Below, piece after piece: positions 49,058-59,731 of a stretch of 64,000 nucleotides of DNA. Made by a program: the position numbers and the translations under genes. The notes beneath the pieces are model-generated. The model saw only the letters and a program-made list of their open reading frames with translations. It made no database searches and had not been told where the DNA came from. Source of the DNA: Fimicolochytrium jonesii (Eukaryota). Each line of letters starts with the position of its first letter. The first letter of the stretch is position 1. Location: the NCBI RefSeq assembly GCF_025526975.1, contig NW_026515684.1, forward strand, positions 1-64,000, in the 5' to 3' direction.

Positions 49058-49732
49058 TCATGCTGCAATAAGCCTTTCAATCCTCTTCCGCAGTTGACCA
49101 GCAGACAATTGGAATCGGTTGAGTTTGATGTCCATCGCCATTGCCTCGTAATTTCTGCCATGCTTCCTCATCAGGTCCCCAAACACCTTCCCCTCTTGCT
49201 CAGAAGCGTGCCTCACGAGCTTCACAATATCCCGTGCTTGCGCCTCCATAGCTTCAATGACAGCAGTTTTCGGCGCCACGGGGGCATCTGCTGTTATAGA
49301 TTTCAGCCCAATCTTTCGCCCAATCCGCTTCGCTCTGTGGTCTATCTGCACCGGGCCGTCAACTTCAACGTCGTAATCTTCGTCCTCCTCACTGTCCTCG
49401 TCGTCGTCGGCGATTTCCGTTGCTAACAGGGTAGTTACTGACGGCGCGGAGGCGTCTATTACCCTCCATTCGACCTCCGCCTTCCGTGCCTCGATCGCCG
49501 CCAGCTCTATCGCTCTATCCGCCGCAGCGTGTTCGGTTCCTCCAGCTGCTCCGTTGAGCGCCGACACGAGTCCCATGCGTTCGTAGTTCTGCTTCAAGGT
49601 CAGCTTTTTGTCCCACGTTTTGCGGACAAGCGGGTGTACACCGGCGAAAGAAATATCGTAAGGGTTCTTCTGCTTGCGGGACACCTTCTGGGAGGGTGCC
49701 CTGTTTAGTCGTCGACCTCTTGGGCGGGCCAT
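49058..49732 (-). CDS. NOP16: Ribosome biogenesis protein Nop16
   Basis: MARPRGRR, WDKKLTLKQNYERMGL and LMRKHGRNYEAMAMDIKLNRFQLSAGQLRKRI. Confidence 0.92.
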   Translation of the reverse strand: MARPRGRRLNRAPSQKVSRKQKNPYDISFAGVHPLVRKTWDKKLTLKQNYERMGLVSALNGAAGGTEHAAADRAIELAAIEARKAEVEWRVIDASAPSVTTLLATEIADDDEDSEEDEDYDVEVDGPVQIDHRAKRIGRKIGLKSITADAPVAPKTAVIEAMEAQARDIVKLVRHASEQEGKVFGDLMRKHGRNYEAMAMDIKLNRFQLSAGQLRKRIERLIAA

Positions 49733-50217
49733 GTCGCTCTACGGTGTTTAGTACTGGGGTTCGTGCGGAGTTCAGGGCTCACTAGCTGGAAGCTGAGCAA
49801 TAGCGGTACAGTAACGTTGCTTTGGAGAAACAGGCAAGCACTATTGCTATGGTTTGAGGGCAATGCCGTGGGTTCTTTCTGGTGGTTGACGTGTACAAAA
49901 GCAAAAAAGTGGAGAGGAAGGAAGAGCAGAGCGAGATGTCCATGTCCTGTGCGACCTTGTGTCACCTGCCTCGTGCGTCTGAGACTCTGAGGTCCCGCTT
50001 TAGATAATAGATTTTGAGCTTGTCTGCACGGTTTTCGTCTTGTTTTTTCGACGTTCACATAACTGGGATTCCTTGCGAAAAACATGGTATATATATACAA
50101 GACGCCGTGAAGCACATATCCGAAAGGTACGTATGGTAGCCGTCGGCCGCGCTCTTATCGGTGGTTATTTGCTAACACCTGCGTTCCCTCCTCCCAGATT
50201 GCCACAGTTTCAAGAGA

Positions 50218-51681
50218 ATGACCACCGACGCCCCTCACCTATTCCGCATAATAGTGGGAACCTACGAGCGTCTGCTCTACGGTTGCGACGTACAGAAGCA
50301 GTCGGCTGAGGCAGATAGCTCAGTGAACACCGTCACCGTGACACCAGTCTTCATCTATCCCGCACACATTTCGTGTATAAAAGCAGCCGCTGCCTCCAAC
50401 CGCTTCCTCGCCACGGGCTCCACCGACGAACACATCAAGCTCTACGACCTCCGCATTCGAAAAGAAGTCGGAACACTCATGCACCATTCGGGGACCACTA
50501 CCAGTTTACAATTCTACAAAAAGACGCACTTGTTTACAGCCAGCGAGGACGGCACTATTGCGATTGTGAGGACGAGCGATTGGGAGGTGCTAAAGACGCT
50601 CGATGGGCACAAACGTGCCGTGAACTGGATCGATGTGCATCCTTCCGGGAAAGTGCTGTTGAGTGTCGGTGGGGACGGGACGATGAAATGCTGGGATCTA
50701 GCGAAAGGCGCTTGCGCCTACTCGATGAAATTGCCGAAAGTTGGGGACCGGGTCAAATGGAGCCCAAGTGGCTCGCATTACGCCATCTTGATGGGCAATT
50801 TGGTCCACGTGCACGCCGTGGAGGACGCCGAACTGGTCGGAAAGGTTGAGAGTGTGGGGAGGATAAATGCGATCGTGTTTACCACGATACGGAATCCGGA
50901 AAAGCCTACCGAGACGTTGGAGGTGATTGTAACGGGAAGCGAGGATAGGTCCTTAGGCGTGTACGCTCCGACCGGCACGCCGCTTTTCCGATGGAACAGT
51001 GGCCATGGGAACCGTATTAAAGATATTGACGCGTACGTCGCCGGAGACGCCGAGGCCACCACTTACGTCGTGTCCTGTTCGTCGGATGGTGGGGTGAGAG
51101 TATGGGATCTCGCCAATGTTCGCACCCAGTTACCCGCCATCAAACACTCGACCACCGAAGAGTCTTCCACCACAATAAAAGTGACCGCACGATTGAATCT
51201 CCCGGAAGCCACGCCTATCGGGGAGTACATCGCCGCACGGTCCCGCCTCACGTGTCTCACAATCGCGTCCCCTGCTGAACCTACTCGTCGAGGAACCGCA
51301 TCACAAGCAAGTAAAGCAAGCGCTGATCAGGCAGCAGACGGCAACCGGTCGGAAGCGGAATCAGACTATGACGACCCGACCACCGCCAAGCCAACTGTTA
51401 CCGTCTCCTTTGGCGATGCGAAGGACACGCCGAAGGACGATGATACATCGAAAGTTGTGAAGAATCTAAAGAAGAGGAAGGAGGCGCCGTCAACCTCGCC
51501 GGCGGATCAACAACCGAACAAAAAGAGGGGCCCCAAGCCAGTCAAAAAAGGCAAGGGCAAGGATGCGGCTGGTGCCGGTGCTGGGGCTGGTGGAGAGGGG
51601 AAAGGAAAGCCGGCTGCTAAAGGGAAAGGGAAGGAAGCTGCCCTTGCCAAGTTTCAGAAACGGCAGGAGGCCAAAAAGTAG
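50218..51681 (+). CDS. MAK11: WD40 60S biogenesis factor Mak11/PAK1IP1
   Basis: FRIIVGTYERLLYG, FLATGSTDEHIKLYDL, HPSGKVLLSVG, HGNRIKD and a lysine-rich tail; probable 5'UTR intron at 50127-50197. Confidence 0.9.
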   Translation: MTTDAPHLFRIIVGTYERLLYGCDVQKQSAEADSSVNTVTVTPVFIYPAHISCIKAAAASNRFLATGSTDEHIKLYDLRIRKEVGTLMHHSGTTTSLQFYKKTHLFTASEDGTIAIVRTSDWEVLKTLDGHKRAVNWIDVHPSGKVLLSVGGDGTMKCWDLAKGACAYSMKLPKVGDRVKWSPSGSHYAILMGNLVHVHAVEDAELVGKVESVGRINAIVFTTIRNPEKPTETLEVIVTGSEDRSLGVYAPTGTPLFRWNSGHGNRIKDIDAYVAGDAEATTYVVSCSSDGGVRVWDLANVRTQLPAIKHSTTEESSTTIKVTARLNLPEATPIGEYIAARSRLTCLTIASPAEPTRRGTASQASKASADQAADGNRSEAESDYDDPTTAKPTVTVSFGDAKDTPKDDDTSKVVKNLKKRKEAPSTSPADQQPNKKRGPKPVKKGKGKDAAGAGAGAGGEGKGKPAAKGKGKEAALAKFQKRQEAKK

Positions 51682-52151
51682 TGCCTAGTTACGTAGACTT
51701 GAATAATTCCAGGCCGTTCACCCTGATCCCGATGTAAATTTAGCATATGTAATTTAAAAGCACTGTTCATCTCCAAAACCTCAATTCGAACCCGTCTAGA
51801 AAGAAGAAACCCTCAATCAAGGCTGGCACAAATCTGAAAAAGAAGCAACAGGTCGAGAACCGGGGCCGCTCGGGGTGCGTTCTCCGGAAATTCAGGCCTG
51901 CACGAAACAAATCTCGCCTATTTATGCTTTCATGAATCGCAATCCATTCTCTGCATCATTTCTCCGAAAGTTAATGGCCTGGAAATCTGGTAACGACAAC
52001 TCCATCAAGTATATGCAAAGCACCGCGATAGAAATCAAATACAAACATGAATGCTGGCTCATGTTGACAACTCTACTTATTTATTCGCTCAAGCTCAAAA
52101 GGTAAGTCCCCGTCGCCCACATTCTCACAGACACACGGCGAAGACACCTAT

Positions 52152-54179
52152 CTAAAGCTTGGCGTCTGTAGGGTAGAAGCGCATTGCTTGACGTACACCC
52201 AGATCAGCCATAATCTCTTCACTTCCCCCCAAGATAGAAGCAAACTTGAAGGTCCGTTGGAAACCCTCCATCAACCTTCCCATTCCAGTCTGAATTGTTA
52301 AAGAACTCCAGTTAGCGATGCTTTCAGACGCTCGACCCACATCCAGGGCATACCTTTGTGATGGCGCGTCCTCCGAAGATCTGGCAGCCTTCGTCAGAGA
52401 TGTCGGTGGCGACGCGGGTACACCGCAGCTTGAGCAGGGCGATGGGTCCTCCAAGCTTCACTGATGCCTCCTTATAGTCCATCTTTGTCATCTGGTATGT
52501 CATGTTCTCGAGCCAATGGTGTACCGACTCTACTTCGGAAATCTGTTTGACGTGTCAGTAAGAAGGCATACTTCAAAAACAAGTAAGGTGGTAGGTTGAG
52601 TACGAACCATCTTTGCAAGTTTTGCCCTGATGACAGGCTGCTCAATGAGAGGCTTGCCGAACACCATACGCTGCTGAGTCCACTTGAAGCACTCTTCGAC
52701 TACCATACGCATGCCCCGGGTCACGCCAGCGACGATGAACCAACGCTCGTGGTTGAAGTTGAACATGATGACTTGGAATCCTCCACCCTCCTTGCCGAGA
52801 AGGTTCTCGACCGGGACCTTTACGTTCTCAAATGTGATGTACGCAGTACCTGCCGCGGCTGAGTAAGACGTCTTGATTTGCTTCGTTTCCACTCCCTCAC
52901 TATGAATGGAAGAGATTTTAGTACCCGATGAAAACGAATGATGAAGGGAGGGAGATTGTACCTTCGCTCAATCAAAAGCATGGAGATTCCACCAGGTCCG
53001 TCGCCGGTGCGTACGGCTGTCGAGAAGTAGTCCGATTGTTTTCCATTGGTAATCCACTTTTTGGTTCCGTTGACTAGAGGATACCGCGTAAGTCATTTGC
53101 CATCTGGAAGAACATGCAACACCTCGGGCGATTGTCTTACCGATGTAGAACTTTCCACAAGGAGACTTCCTTGCCGTTGTTGCGATCGCCGCCACATCAC
53201 TTCCAGCGGTGGCTTCCGTGATAGCCAGACAGATTCGCTTCTTCCCGGTGAGGACCTCCCTGACGACCTTTTCCTTGACCTCTTTCCTGGCAAAGTGCAT
53301 GACAGGAGGCAGTCCAATGACCATTCCCGTGCCGAGAGAGTCCTGGTATCCAGGAAGACCGACACCACCGGCCTCCTCATGCGCGATCTGCTCGTGGAAG
53401 TAGTCGAACTCCTCCGGCTTGACTCCTCCCGGTAGGTTGAAGCCCTTCAAGTGCGGGCCGGGACCCATACGGCACGCAAGGATGCCAGCGGCGCCCAACT
53501 TCGCAAAAGTCTCATCATCCGCGGCTTCACCGGCTTCCTCCTTCATCGGTGCGTCGGGCAGGATCTCTTCGTCGAAGAACTTGCGGAGGGCGGCACGGAA
53601 CTTGAAATGGGACTCCGTGTAGTATGGAGAGTAGAATCCTTGCCATGCAACGGGCTCGGCATATGGGACTTTGCTGATGTCGCCTGTGGTGAGATAAGGA
53701 TTTTAAGACCGGACGTTGATGGACAAACTTCCCTAATCCGCCACCCAACGCACCTGGCTTGGCCATAGCGATCTTCTGCTTGTGGCCAGCGATGCGGCCG
53801 ATCTCATACTTCGGGCCGAGTCGCGTGAGAACCGCTTGACGATGAAGACCATAGAACTCCTCTGAGGAACACAAACGGCATGAGCAAAAGAAGACTGGCA
53901 AAACTTGGAACAACGCACTATAAACTCACGCGTGGCGTCTTTCCCAGCGACGTCCAACAGCACAGTCAAACCGCCGGGGTGAAGATCAGCGAAGCGGGTC
54001 AGCTGGTAAGGGAGCGCAGCATGTCGTCAGTATGAATACGACTGAGTGACGGTAGAATTTCCCAAATTGGAACTCACATCGTAGACCACGCCGTCGATGA
54101 TGATCCACAGCGATTCTTCCGTGTTATGCGAAGCGACATCTTGGACGCTGAACTCCTTCAGTTCCTTTGTAGGGGCCAT
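52152..54179 (-). CDS. Cytochrome b5-fused acyl-CoA dehydrogenase with PTS1 (AKL)
   Basis: N-terminal b5 domain (HNTEESLWIIIDGVVYD..HPGG), then ICLAITEATAGSDVA, NGTKKWITNG, NFNHERW and ILGGSEEIMADLG; ends in AKL. Multi-exon. Confidence 0.92.
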
Positions 54180-54617
54180 TTTCGCTATGCTTCCTTCTGA
54201 GTTCTTGAGGATATAGAGGTGATGGTTATCGTCGTGCAAGGCGTGTAGGAAGTATGTATGATCTCTTGAGTGCGGCGTCGAGTTTTCCCACGCCGTTTAT
54301 GAGAAGCCCCTGCAGCGAAAGCAGCGAGACGCGGATGCGCAGGTGGGGTCGCTTTCTGAATCTTGGAGGTCACGCGTCGATCGGCGTCGACCCTGACATG
54401 TGCTTCATCGCCAACCGCTGCCGCGGCATACTCAAAGGTTGACGCTGGCCGACGGCCGCACGTCCATGATTTTACAGTACAGCAGGTCCGCGGTAAAATG
54501 TCCGTGCAAGTCCACAGTCTGCCACTTCAAAAGTTGCACAGCGCATGTTGGATCACGGTGCTAATGTGACCTGCATCATGCAAGAAACCTGCCATTATGA
54601 TATCCCATTTGTACGCG

Positions 54618-56719
54618 CTATTGCATCTTGTCATCCCCTCTCCTCGGCGTTTGCCGATTATGCTCTGGCGATGACCGCTTCGGTGAATCCGGCACATTTT
54701 CTTCCACCCAGTTCATGATGTCCTCATCATCCCCGTCCTCTAATATCTCTCCCGCCAGTATATCATCCTCATCCTCGTCATCAAACGCCCCGCCTCCAAA
54801 CCCTCCCTCCTCCTCATCCCTCGCCACTGGCGGGACCTTTCTCAGATTCAGGTTCTGTCCCGCGACAGGCCCGTCGCCGGCTATCCTGAAATCTGACTCG
54901 TAGTCGTCTTGCGCTAACTCATCTAGCCCGTATCTCTGGTTGTTCTCCGTGGGCCGCCATAGGATGCAGAGACCGAGGAAGACGCTAAGATAGAGGAGGT
55001 TCGTCCAGCCGTCTAGCATGAACCACCGGACTTGCCAGTGTTTGGCCATCCAAGAGAGACTGTCGCTGTTCAAGAAGAATATCTGGAGCGTAAAACGTTA
55101 GCGCTGGTTGCTGATGGATCGGAGGCGCCTTTGGTTAATGATTCGTACCGTGTCTACGATGAACATAATGAGGATCACTCCTATCGAGCACGCTAGTATC
55201 CTCCAGAGTGCTGTTAAGGGCCAAAACAGTAAGCAAAGTGATCCCATCGCAAGGCCCGGTCTCTAGTAGGCATACACCAACTTACTTCGATACATCTGCA
55301 GCTTCACATTCTGCCTCCTCGTTTCCAGATGTTCCATTGTCCGGGTGATCGCTATAATACGATTGCTGAGGTTGAGTGCTCGCATCTCCCAGCCTTCGTC
55401 CTAACAAATCTCGCATACCATTCAGCGTCCAGAAGTAAAAGACGGTCATCGTTGTCGATAGGGGCATGACGCAGAACAAGAGCACCCAGATGGTCACGTC
55501 CCGCACGACCAAGGAGCTGGTGGCATAAATCACTCCGCATACGAAGTGCACGATGGTGAAGTAGATGCACTTCTTCATGGTACTGCCTAGAGTCGGTCTC
55601 ACCACTCCGTAGCCGAGTGCAACTGGGGAAGGCGAGAGCTCAGTCTACGCATTTTACAGCCGGTATGGCGTTTAAGTTCCCACTTACCAATCAGGAGCAT
55701 GAAGAAAGAGATACTATTACGTCCAGCGTTCAGTATCACAGAGGCAACCAAGAGACCGGCCGCTGCAGGGGGAGTTAGAATTATATCAATCGACCAATGC
55801 GTTCAGCCATTGCGAACTCACAGCTTCGTCCCAGCCTGTTGTAATCCTCGAAAAAGCCCTAAAGATTGTAAGCGAGATCAGCGCCGTCATGCCGAAGGCT
55901 TCCATTTGGGAGTTCTGCAGTAGGTCTGCAGTCCCGACATACATAGTTGAAAGCCATCTCGAGCGTCAGGAAGATAGTGACACCCGAGATGTAGTGCTGG
56001 ACCGGCAGCAGATCTCGCCAATTCCAGAATGAAAGCAGCATCCATGCAACCCCGATGAAGAGATACACGATACTCAGCACACCATAGAACTTTGGATACG
56101 CATTTGGTTGTTAGCAAATGGTAAACTTCGAAGGACCCGTCAGATGGGAAGAGTGGCTTACTGGAAGCTTTGGATATTCGACGCCCGGCAGTGCACCCAC
56201 AGCGGATTGCAATGTGATTCCCAGAACAAAAACGTGATCGCGATCCTCCGTGGACTGTGCCATTACGCAATAGAACCCGGTACGGGGCACTTGATAGACG
56301 AACGGCTCCGATGTCTTCGCCGGCTCCGTCGCATTAACGACGTAAAGCTCGTTCACGTAGTTCTTGGCGTCATTCTTTACCAGCCATTTTTCGCGGTCCG
56401 CCTCTACGCACAGCCCTTGGTCAATCGCATTCTTCCCACACCATAACCCCCGCCCCGTCTCGTCCAGCTGTATCGCATCGCTTTGATACTCGTAGACAAG
56501 GAGGGCAAATGTTTCTCCATTTGGTATGTCGTTGAACTTGACAGTTATCGTTCCATTATGGTTATCGCCAGGGGCGCCCCACATCCCCCAACATTGCGGT
56601 GTATCATCCGTATACAGGCTGTCGTCGTAGGCGAATACTGGGATGATGCAATAGAGGAGACCCAGAAGGAGTAATGCTATTCGGAAGCGAGTTGACGATG
56701 ATCTCCGAGAACTGTGCAT
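54618..56719 (-). CDS. Lung seven-transmembrane receptor (PTM1/TMEM87, GOST family)
   Basis: Signal peptide; YQVPRTGFYCV; G.LP.VEYPKLP; DLLPVQHYI; LGYGVVRPTLG; WFMLDGW; LWRPTENNQRYG; acidic tail. Multi-exon. Confidence 0.9.
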
Positions 56720-58075
56720 CCTGGCGGTGGACTTGGGTCTTTTTCCGCCCAATGGCGTCTACTGTAGATATAGCGACCTAGAAGGACGTCGCTCAACGTC
56801 TTGGGAGTCCTGATCTTACTGTACTGGGAGTCCTAGTAAGGACGAGGTCTACTGTACTGTACGAGCAGCTGTGGAGTGCTGCCCATGGTCAAATGTTCCC
56901 AAACTGAAAACGTGGGCTGGACGCGGTGACGAAGAGACGGGGGCTCTGGCTTGTGCCTTGTTCACGTGCGCGAAGTTCGAACAGACTTTGCCCAGGCACT
57001 AATAACTGTGAGTACCTCGACCCTGCCTGTCGCTCGTCTCTCCGTAACTCGCATACCGATTCCCTATTTTCGTAAGGACTGGGGCGCTTGTCATGCATAT
57101 TTCAAGATGTCCAAGATGCCCTACGCATACTCTTTCTCTACTGTCCCAGACTCCAAGCTCACTCGGGGTGCCACCGGGGAAAGGGAGGCCGTGAACAAGG
57201 ATGGTGGGAGTACTTGGTGGGAGTACCTGGGTTCCGCCAGTTGGGGCAGATGCCACAATTGTGAAGGCTCCGTTTGCTGCCAATCTTAGGCTGGCGTTCG
57301 GTACATCAAGAGGTGGAGACCCAGAGGTCATCCTCATCAACATTGTTGAGGTTGACATTGACGTCAAAGTGGTCCCCACGGTAACAGTAATGGCAAAGGG
57401 TGTGGTGTCCCCTTCCTTGTGACGGCGGAACCATGTTCTTCCATGATTGCACTTGCGCCATGTCATCCGGGAATTCGCTGCGTTTGTCAGGTATACCGGC
57501 GTCCGCATCCTCATACCCACAACAAGTGTGATGACATTGAAAGTGCCTCTCTCACTTATGATGAGTACCGTTGCTCCCACGACAGCCAGCTGATGAGCAC
57601 AGCGGGGTGTGGGCATTGCGATATATGAGCCATCCCAGCAAATTGCGACCGCACTCCCTCCTTCCACAGAATGTGAACCTATACCTTATGTACATTGTGG
57701 GTGGTACTCCTGCCGAAGTGACGAAGTCCAAGCTTTGCAAGTCAAGAGGCAGTCAGGGTACGTCGAAGGAGAGCTGAGCGTCGATAAATCCGCCAGCGCC
57801 CCCGCAGCGAAGGCGGACTGTGTGTCATGGCGGCCCTTCATGTGAAACGTCACATCAGCTGGAGCCTCTTGTGGGACGGCCGCGTCTTCTTGGTCTCTCT
57901 TCCGCGGTCCAGAAACGCAACGCGACTTCCGCCCGCTTTGACAGGCCCAGCATAAACAGACCTACTGCATGTACTTAAAAGACCAGCTGGGTCACCCTTT
58001 GCCTTGCTGGCATTCTCAAGTCAAACCTGGTGTAGCGGTTCTGAATTCCCGTTCCTTCGCACGAATACACTGGCC

Positions 58076-59546
58076 ATGTCCGCGACAACGTTTTTCCAGC
58101 TAGGGGACCGCGCCCAGAAGCTCAAGAAGATCTTGGAGGACTTTGTCGAGGTACAGTACGATTGGCTTGGAAACTGGTGTGATTGAGAGCGAGACCGAAG
58201 GGAAATGTGAACTCACACCGTACTTCCGTTGCGAAGTTCGAATGCATCCCTGCAGACGAAGTCTACCTCTCCAGCCGCGGAAAGGAAGGATCGGCGGACA
58301 GGTGGAAAGTCATCCCACCCCTGCTGGAGCATCTGAAGAGCCGAGCAAAGTCTCTGGGACTGTGGAACCTCTTCCTTCCTAGCTACTACCCCGAAAGTCC
58401 CGGTTTGACCAACCTCGAATATGGCGTGCTCTGTGAGGTCATGGGCCGGTCGCACACGGCTCCTGAGGCGTGCAACTGCGGCGCGCCAGACACGGGCAAC
58501 ATGGAGGTGTTTGCGAAATATGGGTCTGCCGAGCAAAAGAAGCGATGGCTGGTGCCCTTGATGGAAGGGAAGATCCGCTCAGCGTTCGCAATGACGGAGC
58601 CGGCAGTGGCATCATCTGATGCGACGAATATCGAGACGTCCATCGTCAGGCAGGGCAACGAGTACGTCGTCAACGGCCGCAAATGGTGGATCTCAGGAGC
58701 CGGCGATCCTCGCTGCGCTGTCTACCTCGTCATGGGTAAGAACGACCCGGATAACAACAACAAGCACAAGCAGCAGAGCGTCATCATCGTACCCGCCAAC
58801 ACTCCCGGTGTGACTATCGTCAGGCCCATGACGGTGTTCGGCTACGACGATGCCCCGCACGGACACATGGAGATGGTATTCAAGGATGTGCGTGTCCCTC
58901 TCGAGAATATGGTGTTGGGCGAAGGTCGCGGGTTTGAGATCATCCAGGGCCGTCTGGGTCCTGGTCGGATCCACCACTGCATGCGAAACATTGGCGTCGC
59001 CGAACGCGCCCTCGAGTTCCACTTGTTGCGCATCACCGACCCTGCTCGCAAGGCGTTTGGCAAGACCCTTTCCCAACACGGCAAACAGTCCTTTGATATC
59101 GCACAGAGTAGGATGGAGATCGACCAGGCGCGATTGCTGGTGCTGCAGGCGGCACATACCATGGATTTGCATGGCCCAAAGGCGGCTATGAACGAGATTG
59201 CTATGGCTAAGGTGATTGTGCCCAGCATGACCACGCGGGTGATCGACCGTGCTATTCAGGCACATGGAGCTGGAGGTGTGGGACAGGATTTCCCATTGGC
59301 TTGGATGTACGCTACCACCCGGACATTGAGGATAGCAGATGGTGAGGACTGATAGTGATACGCTGGCTGGCATTTCAATCCACGCCAATCCTAACCCTCA
59401 CTGACCGTTCCTCAATCTCCATCACAGGCCCAGACGAAGTTCACACGATCCAAATCGCTAAGAACGAGCTCCGCAAAGTACAGGCCCTCAGAGAGAAGCA
59501 CCACAAGCAAGAGGAGGCCGAAAAGAAGTTTGCACCCAAACTGTGA
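58076..59546 (+). CDS. Acyl-CoA dehydrogenase, ACAD10/11-like, PTS1-like end (PKL)
   Basis: Exons 58076-58150, ~58237-59341, 59428-59546; [49 protein letters not shown] and [13 protein letters not shown]. Confidence 0.93.
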
Positions 59547-59731
59547 TTTGCGTGATGAATAACATCCGAGACTCGCCGGCCCTTCCTTCCTACTTTCCAC
59601 CGCTTCGCTATATGCATGAAAACTATGTACATAATATCTGCAAAATTGACTGATTCAACACATCCCCTCTTCATTTATCCTGCAAGTGACGTCGCACCGT
59701 AGCCCGCGATGCTACGTGAGAAAGATGGACG

